Shown here: positions 17,540 to 32,679 of the stretch, one piece after another
Layout of the letters: every line of letters begins with the position of its first letter
Numbering within the stretch: position 1 is the first letter of the stretch
Assembly (NCBI GenBank): GCA_964016885.1
Contig: OZ024741.1
Coordinates: forward strand, 356,252,001-356,316,000
Direction of reading: 5' to 3'
Length of the DNA stretch: 64,000 nucleotides
Source of the DNA: Eledone cirrhosa
Taxonomy: Eukaryota
Translations under genes and position numbers: made by a program
The notes under the pieces: generated by a model
What the model was told of the DNA's origin: nothing
The model's input: the letters and a program-made list of their open reading frames with translations, nothing else
Databases searched by the model: none

Positions 17540-19618
17540 GTGTGTGTTTATGTATGGGAGGGGGAATAAACTATCGGGACGTTATTTATATGCGTATATA
17601 TGTATATATATATATATATATATAAACTTTAAAAAGTTAACAAAGAGAGGACAAGAAAACGAACGAAAACAAGGTAAAACGAAAAACAATGCATTTAAGG
17701 GGAAACCTAAGAAAAATGTTTTTCTTTTGATTTACAATAGTTTATAACTTTGCCTATTAATCCGTATGGTGAGCAAATGGGGTCCCACGTGCTGGCCTCC
17801 CCACAGCCCCGGCAGACAGGATGGATAAGACGTTTCCTCGGAGGATGGTAAGGGAGATGCGCTGGAAGAGCCATTCCAACTCGCGAGGCTCACACCTGCG
17901 GCTGGCCAGCTAGGCGCCTATGATGGTGAATAGGGAGGTTGCCTTAGGGCCAAGGACACCAGAAGTCTCCACACCGAACTCCAGGGTTATCGGCCGTTAA
18001 GACGGACTTTGGCAGTTTCGACCTCTACCAACGTTACTGCTGGTCCAACCGGTGTCACAACGTCTGACATAAGCCAAAACGCTGTCCATGGAGTAAGAAA
18101 CGACACAAAACAATAATTTATAGCAGTTAAGCTATAACATGTATCCATAGAATTTATGTGACGTCAAGGAAAATGCATTGTGATTTTTATAGCACAAGAG
18201 TCTCATCAAACAATAAAGGAAAGGAAGGAAAGAAATGGAGGTATTGTGCATTTATAGTACAAAACTCATGATTAAATCAAATGAGAAAAAGGGAAGAAAA
18301 AAAGAAAGGGAAATAAAAAAAGGCAAGAAGAAAGTAAGAAATCGTGTTAAAAAAGAAAATATATATATACATATATAACTACTATAGCTTACTTATATTA
18401 TATTCAGTAAAATAAAGTACCAGTAATGCACTGGTTAATTGATGGCCTTGTGCCAAAAGTAGAAACAATTATATTCAGTAATGGATAGATAATAATACAA
18501 TGAGACCTTTAATGTATTATAGGAAAATAAATTATATTTATAATTAAATATATAAATTAATAGCATTATGTATAAGGGATTCACTTATAACATAGTATAA
18601 TGTATATTAATAACACAAGAGATTTAACTAATTGGACTTGTAAGCAACTATACATTTTTTCTATAGCTTACTTATAATTTATTCAGTAATGGATAGATAA
18701 CAATATAAGACCTTTAATGTATTATAAGAAAATAGATTATATTTAACATTAAATATAAATAAATAGCATTATATAAAATGGATTCACTTGTAACACAATA
18801 TAATGTATATTAGCAAAAGGAATTTAACTAATTGGAGCTGTAAACAACTATACATTTTTTCTTTTTTTTTCTATCATATACAAATTAATCGCTAATTACC
18901 TCCCCTTTCACATTAGCTTCCCTTAATATAGATCTCAAACTCACTTCCGGAAATTAAACCGTTAGAAGAATCACTCCAGAACAACTCGAACCCGGGATAA
19001 CAGTATAATAGGATCAATATACAATCCATAGCTGTAACTAATTATAAACATTCACTAAAATAAAATATAACCAATGTAATGGAAAAGATAACAATAATAA
19101 TAATACTCTCAACACATGCCCATTTGAACATTACTGAAACAATTATCACACTACATCCACCATAAACTCATAATTTTAATACACAAACACCTTTGCCTGC
19201 TTGATATGCTTGTAAACCTATGTTATTTTATGTGATACCTTTGCAGTAATTATATATGCCTAGTACCATTGCTTGTTTCCTACCTAACTGTCCTGTATAT
19301 GCCTAACGCATTTGCACTCTCTATACTACTTTAATTATTATACTATTCTCTTGTAATCTCTGTCACATGCATTCCACCCTGTGCCTCTTTAATTATTATA
19401 TAATTCTCTTGTAATCTCTGTCACATCCATTCCACTCTGTAAATACGAAACTGTTGATGACAACATTAATATCCATGTATCTATATGATTGTTCAGTTGA
19501 ATAGGAAGTTAATTATATGTCCAAACTTTGCTAGTGCTCCGAGGATTCAAAACGAAAGTTTGGAAGAAACGATTGTCAGCAATAAAATTATTTGAACATA
19601 GTTTTGATTATTGTGTAA

Positions 19619-19673
<55 letters not shown>

Positions 19674-20139
19674 GTAGAACATTGGAAGGTAATATCCGTA
19701 GTGGTAGAGCACTCACACTCATTCCACTCGGTATGGTGAACTAACCGTTGTGTAACCACTTCTCTCTCTCTCTATATATATATATATATACACTATGGAA
19801 TATGTATTCAAAATGTATAATGCCCAAAATATACACAAGTATGGTGTTCAATAAAAGAAATTATTAAGAACTTTTTCATATTTCCTTATTAGTTCTTTAT
19901 GCTTAGTTTCTAAATCCATAATTGTATTAACGTTCGACAGTTCCCTCTTCAGAATCAGAATGGTGATACTTGTGGCGTATTCATTACATGCTTGGCAGTG
20001 ATCGCAAATTGTCATGGACGTCGGCTTCGTTGGCTTCTGCGTAACTCAAGTGTCTGTCAAACAATATATGTGTGTGTGCATGTGTAATGTACCTTGTGGT
20101 ACATTGATTTTTATATCTAGTTTATCTCTGTTTCTTCAG

Positions 20140-20469
20140 GTTCCTGGAAGAATCTATCCGATGGCTCTTTGCTAATTCGAAAATAAAAGCCGCTGAGAAA
20201 ATTGTCAGAAAGGCAGCTAAACAAAACAAAGTTGACTTTGATAAAGTCTGGAGTATAGCTTTAAAAGAAATCTCACAAGAAGTTGTTAGTGACGTGAACA
20301 AAGTCAGTGGTGAGTGCCAAAATGATGAGCACCAAGTCCAGCTTGATGTCACAACTGTTGACAATATGCAACCAGATATTGAAAAAGAAGCCTCAATGTT
20401 TGTCAAATTACTCTCTATCTTTAAATCACCTTATCTGAGGAAAGTGACCATCGTGGTGGCTATAGAATG
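20140..20469 (+). CDS. SLC22 gene, exon C (central cytoplasmic loop)
   Basis: Acceptor ttcttcag|, donor |gtatgg. Encodes FLEESIRWLFANSKIKAAEKIVRKAAKQNK...IFKSPYLRK...IE(W), matching the SLC22 'PESPRWL' motif. Confidence 0.92.
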
Positions 20470-20724
20470 GTATGGTTCACCGTCTTTTTTGTTAATATTG
20501 TTTTGATACCTTCAAAATAATTACATCTTAAAGAATGTCCCTTACATTCACCATAGGTCAGTGTAGTCTTGACCAGGAGGATTTGATATCAGAAGTTATC
20601 TAACGTTCGTTCATATCGTAGAATTACTGAAGGTGTAGGTTCGTGTCCCGCGTGTGTTAATGTCCGTTTTTGTTTTGTTTTGTTTTTTTTCAAGGTGGCT
20701 TATTTGGCTTAAATTGTTTCTATA

Positions 20725-20776
<52 letters not shown>

Positions 20777-20799
20777 TTGGTAGTAATAGTTTGATAGAG

Positions 20800-21480
20800 A
20801 AGCGAAATTTATGCCGCTCTCTGACATATCTCCAGGATTTCTTTTGGTGGTGTTGACTCCATGGAAAGAACTCGGTTTCCTATATTATCGCTGGAGTGTT
20901 GCATTGTTGATTCAGCGGGCATGACTCAGGTTTTTTATAGGAACACCCAAATACTTGGGGGCTCTGTTGTTTATGCAGGAGGCGTGACTTCATGTTCCTG
21001 GCGCAAGAGTATCCAGTTTTGACCGTATGATTAGTTTTGACATTTAATGAGAGAGGAGGGGAGAACCAGATTTATGCTATATTTTTAGGTTTTTCCCTAT
21101 TAGTATTTGGGAAGTAATCTGGAGAGTAGGATACATTCTCAGAAAAGTCGCTATTGCGTAAGGCTGTATTATTGTTGCCCTATCAAAAATAGCTCGGTTT
21201 GAAGGGAGGTTAGAGATCCACTTGTTAATATTTTAAACTAAATTTTTGAAGACTATAGGAGGGTGGCAGGAGTTCTTGTGTGTGTATCTAAGGTTTTGGA
21301 TAGCTTTTTCCATCAAATGGAAGATGCTAGAAAAATCTAGACAATATATATATGGGCTCAAAGCCTGCAGATTATACAACGACGAGAAATAGGGAATATT
21401 GGATAATCTCCACAACAAACCATTCAACACACGGGCAGAATTCTTCTCGCGATGTTCTCTTGTTTCTAAGTACCTTTTAA
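20800..21480 (-). mobile_element. Highly decayed PLE ORF remnant
   Basis: The - strand translation near 20975-21035 reads NHTVKTGYSCARNMKS, resembling the PLE 'NTVK.SYSCM.NM' motif. Confidence 0.5.
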
Positions 21481-21876
21481 AGAACTGGCTTTCTTAATAT
21501 TGATTTATTTGTCCCCACCTCCCACCAAATTATTCTTAATATATTTATTGATTTCTAGCCCCCTCAAATCTATTAGCTAGTTAGCGTTTGTTCGTATTTT
21601 TTTCAGTCAAATTGTCTCCCCTAGACTATTTAGATTATTATCTGCCCTCGTTCAGGGCTCCCCGCTTTTTCCCTATTTTTCTTTATTTCTTTTCTGAGTA
21701 AACATTTTCCGGTACATTTTCTTCGGCACAGGTTGAACAAGCTGGACCTCCAGACTAACGAAACATACGTACCTGGTATGGTTCCGTTGTAGTAACTGAC
21801 TTTAATAATTATATGTAAACTCGTCCTACGAATTTCACTTGCTCTATAGCTTGGATATCTTTACCAAATTATTTAC

Positions 21877-21930
<54 letters not shown>

Positions 21931-21933
<3 letters not shown>

Positions 21934-22051
21934 TCAGCATTCTCGTGTAGCACCCATCCACCATCTGAGTGAGTTTCTTGGTCAGTGTCCAAGTCTCAGA
22001 CCCATACAGCAGCACAGACTCCACTACAGCAATGAAGAGGCGGATTTTCAT
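21931..22051 (-). mobile_element. RTE-clade LINE fragment
   Basis: KIRLFIAVVESVLLYGSETWTLTK...DGCYTRMLR is typical of the RTE ORF C-terminal region. Confidence 0.75.
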
Positions 22052-22269
22052 ATATATATTAACCTGTTTAGCTTGCTTCGTTTTTTTTTTTTTTGGCTCC
22101 GGTGGCTGATGGCTTCACGACCACTGTTTTCATTTTATCTGGCCTTTATAACGCGTGTTAATTGCTCTGGTATTCTTTTAATCCATTGAGCAGTTGTCCC
22201 ATATCTCGAAGATTGCGTTTCGTTTTGTTTTGGGCTCCCGCCGAAATACGATCTCGCTGAAATTATATT

Positions 22270-22302
<33 letters not shown>

Positions 22303-22784
22303 GTTTAAATTTGGTGGCTTACCACTGGGTAGAATTGGTCCTTCTGCACTGTTAATCATGACGTAATATGAGAAAAGCACTCGACGTAATGCAACTCATC
22401 CATCTTTGAAATTGAATCATGTTGGCGGTGCGGGAACGGAGTAAATGTATTATAAAGTGAAATTACAGGAGGCCAAAAATGTTGAATTTCCTTAATTATT
22501 AATTCTGCAAATAGTATGCACATTTCAGTGGCCAGGTTGTGGCGAGGCATAATAACAACATGATGCTTCGTTCGTCTCTGGGTCAAAAACATAAACACAC
22601 TTTTTTCTTCTCTGTTTTTTCTTCACTTGTTTCCTTAAAGTTTACCATTATTCTGTTGGTATACATCTATTACGCAATTTACAACTGAAAATGTTACCGG
22701 GTTCTTAAGCAACCTGGCCACTGAAATGTGCATAGTGATAATTAAGGAAATTCAACATTTTTGGCCTCCTGTAATTTCACTTTA

Positions 22785-22822
<38 letters not shown>

Positions 22823-23151
22823 TCGAGGACGCACATTTCACCGACCGGATTTGCAACCCGTGTAACTGTTAGAGAAAAAAATCTCTGAAAACTCTGCTCG
22901 CTCATTTGTTTTATCTTGGACTGTTTCAGTTTTGTATCTGAAAATAGTTATAGTTCTGAAATATCATACTAAACTACACGAAGTAAAACATTACTTTGTT
23001 TGGTTCTGTTTAATTTCTCATTTGTCCTTCGTATTTTCTACCGTATTGTACAGGGTTTTTTTAAAACATTATATATATATATATATAAAGCCATAAGCCG
23101 CCATTATCCTCATGCAGAAGTACCAAACATACATATTGTTCACACATGCCA

Positions 23152-23184
<33 letters not shown>

Positions 23185-24394
23185 GTAATAATAATAAATT
23201 TGAAGACTAAAATCCAAAGAGGGCTCGATAAGGATAAATATATATCAAATATATAAGAACCGTAGAGCAAATATTTATTAAAATAACAGATTAAAGTTTA
23301 AGCAAAGAATCGCTGCTTTCACCCTTAACGGGATCTTCTGAAACTAACAAAGTCAATCTGTGAACGCAGAAGTGAATATTTTAAAAAACGTTGCAACCGG
23401 AGGAAGACAGGAAGACGTGGAAACGTTCGCTGGCAAAGAACGGGAAAAAACGAATATAATACGTCATTATTTGGAGCGGTGAAAAACAATTACACGCAAA
23501 GACAAAACCACGTTTATGCTATTAAAGAAGTCGTAGACTAATATTCTCTTAGGTGGTTCATAGAGACGTTCTCTAACAATGAACGGGGAAAAAACGAAGA
23601 TAATACGTCATATGTGGAGCGTGGAGAACAATTGCACGCAAAGACAAAACCACGTAAATGGTATAACTGAAGTTGTAGACTAAAATTCTAACTAGGAAAC
23701 CGAATGATTCTCGGTTTCAGAGTTAAGAATAAAGTAAATAAAATACAGAGGTAACAGAAATTAAATAAATACATACACGCAACCATATACGTACATACAC
23801 AAGCATACACGAAAACACTCGCCATAGGTATACAAATACACGCACATATAAATATGTGTGTGTGTGTGTGTGCGTGTATACAAATAATTAAATAAACGTA
23901 TATAAATAAATAAATACGTATATAACAAGCACACACACATACCTACATGTAAAGACACATATGTTCGGAGACGTACGTCAACCAGAACACGAAGTACACA
24001 TATACACACACCCTACATACGTACGAACCCGCATACTCACACAGACGCAAAACTCACGTATACACATAACCAAAAGCATATGTACCAGAATATATAAAAA
24101 TATACAATCAAATATACGTACGAGAAAGTATACGTACCTTCACAAAACATACAGGTAATATATACTTACCTATGCAAATAAGTAATGGTATAAACATAAC
24201 ATATACTTAGCTACCACATCAAGACGTAAAATATCCGCGTATAGATCGTACTATCCGTTAGGGTATAATGTGGGGCTGTGCAACATTTTTTGAAATATTC
24301 ACTTCTGCGTTCACAGATTGACTTTGTTAGTTTCAGAAAATCCCGTTAAAGGTGAAAGCAGCGATTCTTTGCTTAAACTTTAATCTGTTATTTT

Positions 24395-24470
<76 letters not shown>

Positions 24471-24644
24471 GAATATAAAAGAGTGATAAATACAGATATA
24501 TACATATATGTGTTCAAATTGTAAGGGACCAGGTTCGGTAGGGTGAAAAAAAAATACTAACTATGAACAATAGGGTTTGCCAGACTCAATTTAAAAGAAT
24601 AAATTAAGAAAAGAAATACAAACCGAAATTGCGATAACTGTCAG

Positions 24645-24725
24645 ACACCCAGACAGTTTTTTGGTAATGCTGTTTCGCAATTTAGTGATAGGGAATTACC
24701 CATTCTTTTGCTCATCATTGGGTGT
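24645..24725 (-). ncRNA. Hammerhead motif with a C3->A core mutation (probably inactive)
   Basis: acaccca-ATGATGA-gcaa...ttgc-GAAA-cag...ctg-TC-tgggtgt. All three stems are intact. Confidence 0.65.
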
Positions 24726-25351
24726 GAAATTAGTAAATTTCACTTCTAAGTATCTCAGAAGACTGAATAGTGTGCGTATATAAAATAACGCACATGGCAT
24801 CAGAACCTAGCGTGTCTCATAAAAAGTATGCTACTAAAAATAGCAGCCAACTTTAGTCGACATTTAAATTAGCTCAACAAATTCAAGGAGCCGAATTTAT
24901 CAAAGGTATATATCGAGTTAGAAACTCAAGATAGACTCTTACAATTAAATAGCTCAAGGTAAGAAATTTTTCTGGGCCGTGTAATATAATTGAGTATGCT
25001 ACTAAATATATATATATAGCTCAAATTTTATTCTCTCTGATGCTGCCGTGAGCGCTACATTATCTACATAATATGGAAAATATTCCATCAGCATTGCTCA
25101 AAAGAAATCCCGGATAAACCTCCTACATCCGAGTATGTCTCCGTAAACAATAACTCTCTACTTGAGTGGGCCATCGTGTCCAAATCCTTATTTGAAAGAC
25201 TTCGTCAGTTAAACATGGCCTGGGCCAATACTGGCCGAAACTTATCAAAGTTATATATAAATGAATATATATATACATATATAATTATATATATATATAT
25301 ATATAATTATATATATATATATATAATTATATATATATATATATATATATA

Positions 25352-25395
<44 letters not shown>

Positions 25396-25609
25396 TATAT
25401 ATATATATAATTATATATATATATATACAAAAGTGAGTTACAAACGAAACGAAATTTAATTTCGTTTCGTTATTTGTTTTTATCGTCTCCGTTGAACCGG
25501 TACGTACTCACGCTCTATGCAAATTAGTCTGCCCACTACTAATTTTCATAGAAAAAGCATATAACGATATGTGCTTTTACGATTCTCTAGAAAGGCCGGA
25601 AGATAGGTA

Positions 25610-25654
25610 AATATTGCTGATGAGTTGTAACAACAACGAAACTAGTTCAATATT
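25610..25654 (+). ncRNA. Minimal type I hammerhead ribozyme
   Basis: aatattg-CTGATGA-gttg taacaa caac-GAAA-ctag-TT-caatatt, with a palindromic minimal stem III. Confidence 0.88.
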
Positions 25655-25942
25655 CCTTGTCTGGCTTTCTGGAGAATAGAGGAAAGGTGTTTCCTCAAAA
25701 ACCAGTATGACTCTAAAAACCGGTTTGTCTGTGTGTTTGCATGCAGAGTAGCTGGACACTCACAGTAAAGTGACCAGTGAAAAACTCGGTACATCTACAT
25801 ATGTATACGTGTGTGTATTCATATGCATACTAGTATTTCAGTATACATATGTGGATGTACATTTTGAACTTAATTGTTTAAGCGTCAGTCATACAAAAGT
25901 GAGTTACAAACGAAACGAAATTTAATTTCGTTTCGTTATTTG

Positions 25943-25996
<54 letters not shown>

Positions 25997-26062
25997 TATA
26001 TATATATATAATTATATATATATATATAATTATATATATATATAATTATATATATATATATA

Positions 26063-26144
<82 letters not shown>

Positions 26145-26294
26145 TATATATATATATATATAATTATATATATATATATATATATAATTATATATATATA
26201 TATATATATAATTATATATATATATATATATATAATTATATATATATATATATATATAATTATATATAATTATATATATATATATATATATATA

Positions 26295-26330
<36 letters not shown>

Positions 26331-27710
26331 TAGTAATAATAATAAAATTGAAGACTAAAATCCAGAGAGGGCTCGATAAGGAAAATATATATCAAATATA
26401 TAAGAACCGAAGAGCAAATATTTATTAAAATAACAGATTAAAGTTTAAGCAAAGAATCGCTCCTTTCACCCTTAACGGGATCTTCTGAAACTAACAAAGT
26501 CAATCTGTAAACGCAGAACTGGATATTTCAAAAAACGTTGCAACCGGAGGAAGACAGGAAGACGATACTTTGGTTCATGGTGACGTTCGCTGGCAAAGAA
26601 CGGGAAAAAACGAATAATACGTCATTAATAGGAGCGGTGAAAAACAATTACGTGCAAGGACAGAACCACGTTTATGGTATAAAAGAGGTCGTAGACTAAT
26701 GTTCTCTAAGTGGTGCATAGAGACGTTCTCTGGCAATGAACGAAAAAACGAAGATAATAAGTCATATGTGGAGTGTGGAGAACAATAGCGTGCAAAGACA
26801 AGACCACGTAAATGGTATAGCAGAAGTCGTAGACTAAAATTCTAACTAGGAGACCGAATGAATCTCCGCTACAGAGTTAAGAACAAAGTAAATAAATACA
26901 ATACAGAAGTAATAGGAACAAATAAATACATACACGCCAACAGATACGTACATACACAAGCATACGCAAAACCTTACCAAGGTATACAAAACCACGCACA
27001 TATAAATATGTGTGTGTGTGTATGCTTGTGTACAAATAAATAAATAATTATATGAACGTATATAAGTAAATAAATACGTATATAACAAGCGCACACACAT
27101 ACCTACAAATAAATACATGAAGGTTCGGAGACGTAAGTCAACTAAAACAAGAAGTACACATATGCACACACCCACCATACGTACGAACCTGCATACTCAC
27201 GCAGACGCAAAACTCCCATATACACATAACCAAACCCTAAATACCAGAATAAGTAAAAATTATACGCCAAAACAGTCAAATATACGTACGAGAAGGTATA
27301 CATACCTTCACAAAACATACGGGTAATATATACTTACCTATGCAAAAAGTAAAGGAATAAACAAAACATATACTTAGCTCCCACATCAAGACGTAAATAT
27401 CCACGTATAGATCGTGCTCTCAGAACTGAACAATGGGAAGTTTGACACATTTTTTGATATTTTGTTCCTTCAACACCTTGTCCCTTCTACCATTTTATCA
27501 AATTTTAAGCTAACTCCAACAATGACAACACTAATAACTGACCAATGAGAGGAGAAGGGGACCTGTGACACGAAAATTCGTTTGTTTGAATTCATATGAC
27601 TCCAGTTCCCCAGTGAATTAACAACCCAGCAAGGAACTGGGCATATCAGAGTATTGACAATATCATACACCTAAACAACATATGTACTTGTCTATACCAT
27701 ACTAATTCAA

Positions 27711-27765
27711 ACTGCCTGAAGAGGTCACAGCCAAAGATGGCTGTCACTGAAATATATATAGCAGT
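27711..27765 (+). ncRNA. Type I hammerhead ribozyme
   Basis: actgc-CTGAAGA-ggtc acagcca aaga tggctgt cact-GAAA-tatata-TA-gcagt. Confidence 0.85.
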
Positions 27766-28159
27766 AATAAACGAAGCTAAATTTTAATCATTTGACTTTT
27801 ATTTAACTTTATTTTACACTACTCCAGAGTAACCAAACCAACCTGCGCACTTCGTCGAGTGCTCCAGCCTGCATACTGAGGTGTTGGTATACAACCAACA
27901 TAAACTCAAAATATATATAATTATATATATATATACATTCATTTGATTTATTGATTTATTGATTTTTTATCTGAGTGTCCCGAATCTTCCAGATCGCAAT
28001 TTTTCGGTTGTATGGTTGATTATAGACTTGTTCTATGTGTGACGGTATTTTAACGATAGTTATAGCTCTGATTTATCTAAATTATTGAGCCCTCTGCCGC
28101 TCATATCGAATTTTGTTTATCGTGAACTCGTGCGCCGATTTTTCGATACTCGATTATTC

Positions 28160-28250
<91 letters not shown>

Positions 28251-28418
28251 GTGAATTTCATGGGGTATTAAAAACACTCGTGATGACGAAAGATTCTTTA
28301 TAATGAGATTGGCTGAAACAAATCAAGCGTTTGTTTGTTATACCCTCGGGGATTAATATAAATTCGTTATAATGAAGAATTATTTATAATGGTATTCTTT
28401 ATAACGGAATTTTACCTG

Positions 28419-28450
<32 letters not shown>

Positions 28451-28452
28451 AG

Positions 28453-28629
<177 letters not shown>

Positions 28630-28632
28630 TAT

Positions 28633-28693
<61 letters not shown>

Positions 28694-30475
28694 AATCGAA
28701 AATGCAACTGGAGTCTTATTTTTTTTTTAAATAGATATATTTATTTGGTTCCTTTACCGGTTTCGCAGTTCTTCTGCTTTTCAAAAGTAGAGTTGAGATG
28801 GAGGGTCTGTGGTTTTTCTCACATCTGGTTGGTCTCTGAATGTTACTTGTTTTATATGGAAAAAGTGGCTCGAAATGCCAGGTTTTTCGAGAAGTAATTT
28901 GATTGGTTGGTCAATAATTATAATAATATGGTTTAATATACATTATGTCAACACCATAATATGACATACACACACACATAACACCTTCTACTTTAGAAAA
29001 TAAAAACCCGAACTAAATAAACCTTAACATACGTTTGCACTGACAATACAACAGAACAAATACGAATAAGTAAGGAAAATATGTTCATTCAAAAATATTC
29101 CTACTAAAGGAATCATTTTCCTACACACACACACACAATATATATATATATATATTCTCTTCATCTTAACATGCTAACCATACTCCCACACACAAAACAC
29201 CCATACACACACATAACGACCCCCACACCCACATACACAACTCCCTCCCGCATTTCTACTAATAGAATCACTTTCCTACACACATATATACACACACACA
29301 AAATATATATTCTCTCCATCTTAACATACTCGCATACACACACACACATAACACCCATATACTCACACACACAACTCCCTCCCCCATTTCTACTAATAGA
29401 ATCATCCTCCAATACACATATACACACACACACACACAAGCACACAAATAAACATACATATCTTTACTTTCTTTATTCAATAGAAAATCTGAATTCTGAC
29501 ACCCCAGCGAACTAACCATATTCACTGAACCAGAACAATTCTCCCATCCCATTTCTCTTGACCACTATCTTTTGCTTGTCATAACATTCTCTAAAAAGGC
29601 TACAGAATAGATTTCCAAATAAGGGCGCGAAAATTTAATGAAAACTTGTTCACGTGACAGCCAAATTTCATTTAAACCAATCAAATTACGTTTATTAAAA
29701 AAAAGCCTTCGTGAGCCACCTTTTTTTAAGTAAAAAGAAATTCAAACACACACACACACACACATACGCACACACACACAAGTACACAAATAAACATACA
29801 TATCTTTACTTTCTTTATTCAATAGAAAATCTGAATTCTGACACCCCAGCGAACTAACCATATTCACTGAACCAGAACAATTCTCCCATCCAATTTCTCT
29901 TGACCATTATCTTTTACTTATCATAAAATTCTCTAAAAAGGCTACAGAATGGATTTCCAAATAAGGGCGCGAACATTTAATGAAAACTTGTTCACGTGAC
30001 AGCCATAATTTCCTTTATAACCAATCAAATTACGCTTATTTAAAAAAAAGCCTTCGTGAGCCCCTTTTTTCAAGTAAAAAGAAATTCAAAAACTCATATA
30101 TGAAAAAACAACCTGTGACACCCCCCGCCCTTGTTTGAAGAACTTTGTAACGCGAACTGGCGCGAAATTTATTATACTTGTTGACCAACCAATCAAATTA
30201 CTTCTCGAAAAACCTGGCATTTCGAGCCACTTTTTCCATATAAAACAAGTAACATTCAGAGACCAACCAGATGTGAGAAAAACCACAGACCCTCCATCTC
30301 AACTCTACTTTTGAAAAGCAGAAGAACTGCGAAAGCGGTAAAGGAACCAAATAAATATATATATATATTTTTTTTAAATAAGACTCCAGTTGCATTTTCG
30401 ATTTCATCTTTTTTTCTTTATACTTTCACTCGTGTAGGACACCGGTTATTTTTCATTTTGTAAAAAAAACCTCAC

Positions 30476-30520
<45 letters not shown>

Positions 30521-30585
30521 TGTATACGTACATACATATATGTATACATACGTACAGTAGTATGTATATATATATACATACATGT

Positions 30586-30645
<60 letters not shown>

Positions 30646-30866
30646 GTATGGATTCACCGAACTTTTATTACAATGCTCGGTGTGTTTGTAAACAAACATC
30701 CCGAATTAAGCCGCACAGTGTCCAGCAACCATCGTTGCTCATTTGTTCAACACTGACAAAGGAACGCCGATTAACTCACTCGATATGCAAATTAGGCTGC
30801 TCAGCCGTTAATATGCATAAGGAAAGTATATACTTTCAGACGTTCAATCATCTGGCAGGAAGCTAT

Positions 30867-30909
30867 ACGTGGCTGACGATAGCTAATAAGCTTGAAACTA
30901 GTACGGCGT
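30867..30909 (+). ncRNA. Minimal type I hammerhead ribozyme (family C, stem I partly eroded)
   Basis: acgtgg-CTGACGA-tagctaataagctt-GAAA-ctag-TA-cggcgt. A third, truncated copy lies at 5236-5272 (-). Confidence 0.65.
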
Positions 30910-31052
30910 TCCTTTGTCAATGTTGAACAAATGAGCAACGATGGTTGCTAGACACTGTACGGCTTAATTCGGGATGTTTGTTTACAAACACACCGAGCAT
31001 TATAATAAATGTTCGGTGAATCTATACGTATATATATATATATGTGTACATG

Positions 31053-31087
<35 letters not shown>

Positions 31088-31213
31088 GCTACTGTACGTC
31101 TGTATACATATATGTATGTACGTATACATACTTATATTTAAGTAACAGCCGTACTAAGAGTGAGAAATGAAATTTCGTTTAATTTTTTCCGTTCATATAT
31201 ATATATATATAAG

Positions 31214-31292
<79 letters not shown>

Positions 31293-31615
31293 TATTATAT
31301 ATATATATATATATATAAGTATTATAACATAAATTCATAGGAGAGGATATTATGTTAGATGCCTTAATCAAAAACAAAGTGTGCACAATGCTTTAAGTTG
31401 CAATATTAAATATTAAAGTGGAGTTAGTACTTAGGAAGAATCAATACGCAGAGGATAGCAGCAGAACGAATATAAACAGAAAATTATAAAAAATAAAAAA
31501 AACACTTATCAACATTATTTATTCCTTACATAATGTTTCAATTAGATAAGGCAACCCAAGGCGTGCTTACAGAATAGAATTAAATGCTGTTTTTTATTCT
31601 CCATCAAACTTTTCT

Positions 31616-31652
<37 letters not shown>

Positions 31653-31850
31653 AAAAAGTATGACCCCGACGGCAGAGCTCAAGCCATTTCAACGGCTATT
31701 TCTGGACTAAATTAGAATTTTTAGCCTGGTCAGAACGGCTTGAGCTCTGTCGTCGGGGTCATACTTTTTCCTATTTCCCACTCTACTACCCTAAATATTG
31801 AGTACTCTGGTGCGTTATGGTTCATCTGGTTCCTTACCACAATTCCTTTG

Positions 31851-31890
<40 letters not shown>

Positions 31891-31917
31891 AAAATTTCGC
31901 TCTACATGGCTGATAGT

Positions 31918-31967
31918 GAGCTGTACTGATGAAGTGCGATACCGAGAAACATTAGTGTCTGCAGTTC
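31918..31967 (+). ncRNA. Type I hammerhead ribozyme (weak stem II)
   Basis: gagctgta-CTGATGA-agtgcgataccga-GAAA-ca ttag tg-TC-tgcagttc. Confidence 0.65.
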
Positions 31968-32679
31968 TGTTCGCATGCCAACATAAGAGTAAGAATGAAG
32001 TGTTCATTCTACTGACATGGCTATAAAATTGAGGCTTGTTTGCATAGTTACAAACGAATCGAATGTTATTAATATTCGAAAAACTCAGATTACATTTATA
32101 TATATATATATATACATACATACATACATACATACATACATACATACATACATACATACATACATACATACATACATACATACATACATGGTGGCTGCCA
32201 ACTCGTTTTCGAGTACGGCCACTACTTTATATCCATGTAGGAGAACCCCTACCGATGCGCTGAACGAGTGTGACCTTTTAGTCCAGCCAGCGACTTGAAA
32301 ACTCTGGTACAAACACTACACTTGTGACAATTATTGACACATAGTGCTGGGCCCATGGTACCATGTGACGACAAGTGCAGAGAGATCTCCAGATATTACG
32401 CAATGCCTGTGCCGTGAAGCTTTTATAGTGAGCAAAGGCACTGCACAAATCCAGTCCCACCCTCTTAACCAAGATGATATTTACCAAAAAGAAGAACAAG
32501 TCAACATCATTGGATACCATCAGGGTTGCAGGTGTTATATAAGAGTTTTCCTTCTCCTAGAATTCTGCCTTGACAAAGGCTAAGGGGCCATCTCTCATAC
32601 ATACATACATACATACATACATACATACATACATACATACATACATACATACATACATACATACAAACTTTAGAGAGTC

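Larger units (their letters stand above)
23180..27415 (+). repeat. Two diverged direct copies of a ~1.07-kb element (about 23180-24250 and 26330-27415)
   Basis: Both start tagtaataataataaa.ttgaagactaaaatcca and stay colinear to ...cgtatagatcgt. The first copy ends in a short inverted copy of its start (about 24280-24400). Confidence 0.85.

Noticed and set aside
17765-17850. Possible HDV-like ribozyme in a GC-rich island
   Set aside because: A convincing nested double pseudoknot could not be built by eye; it needs a descriptor search.
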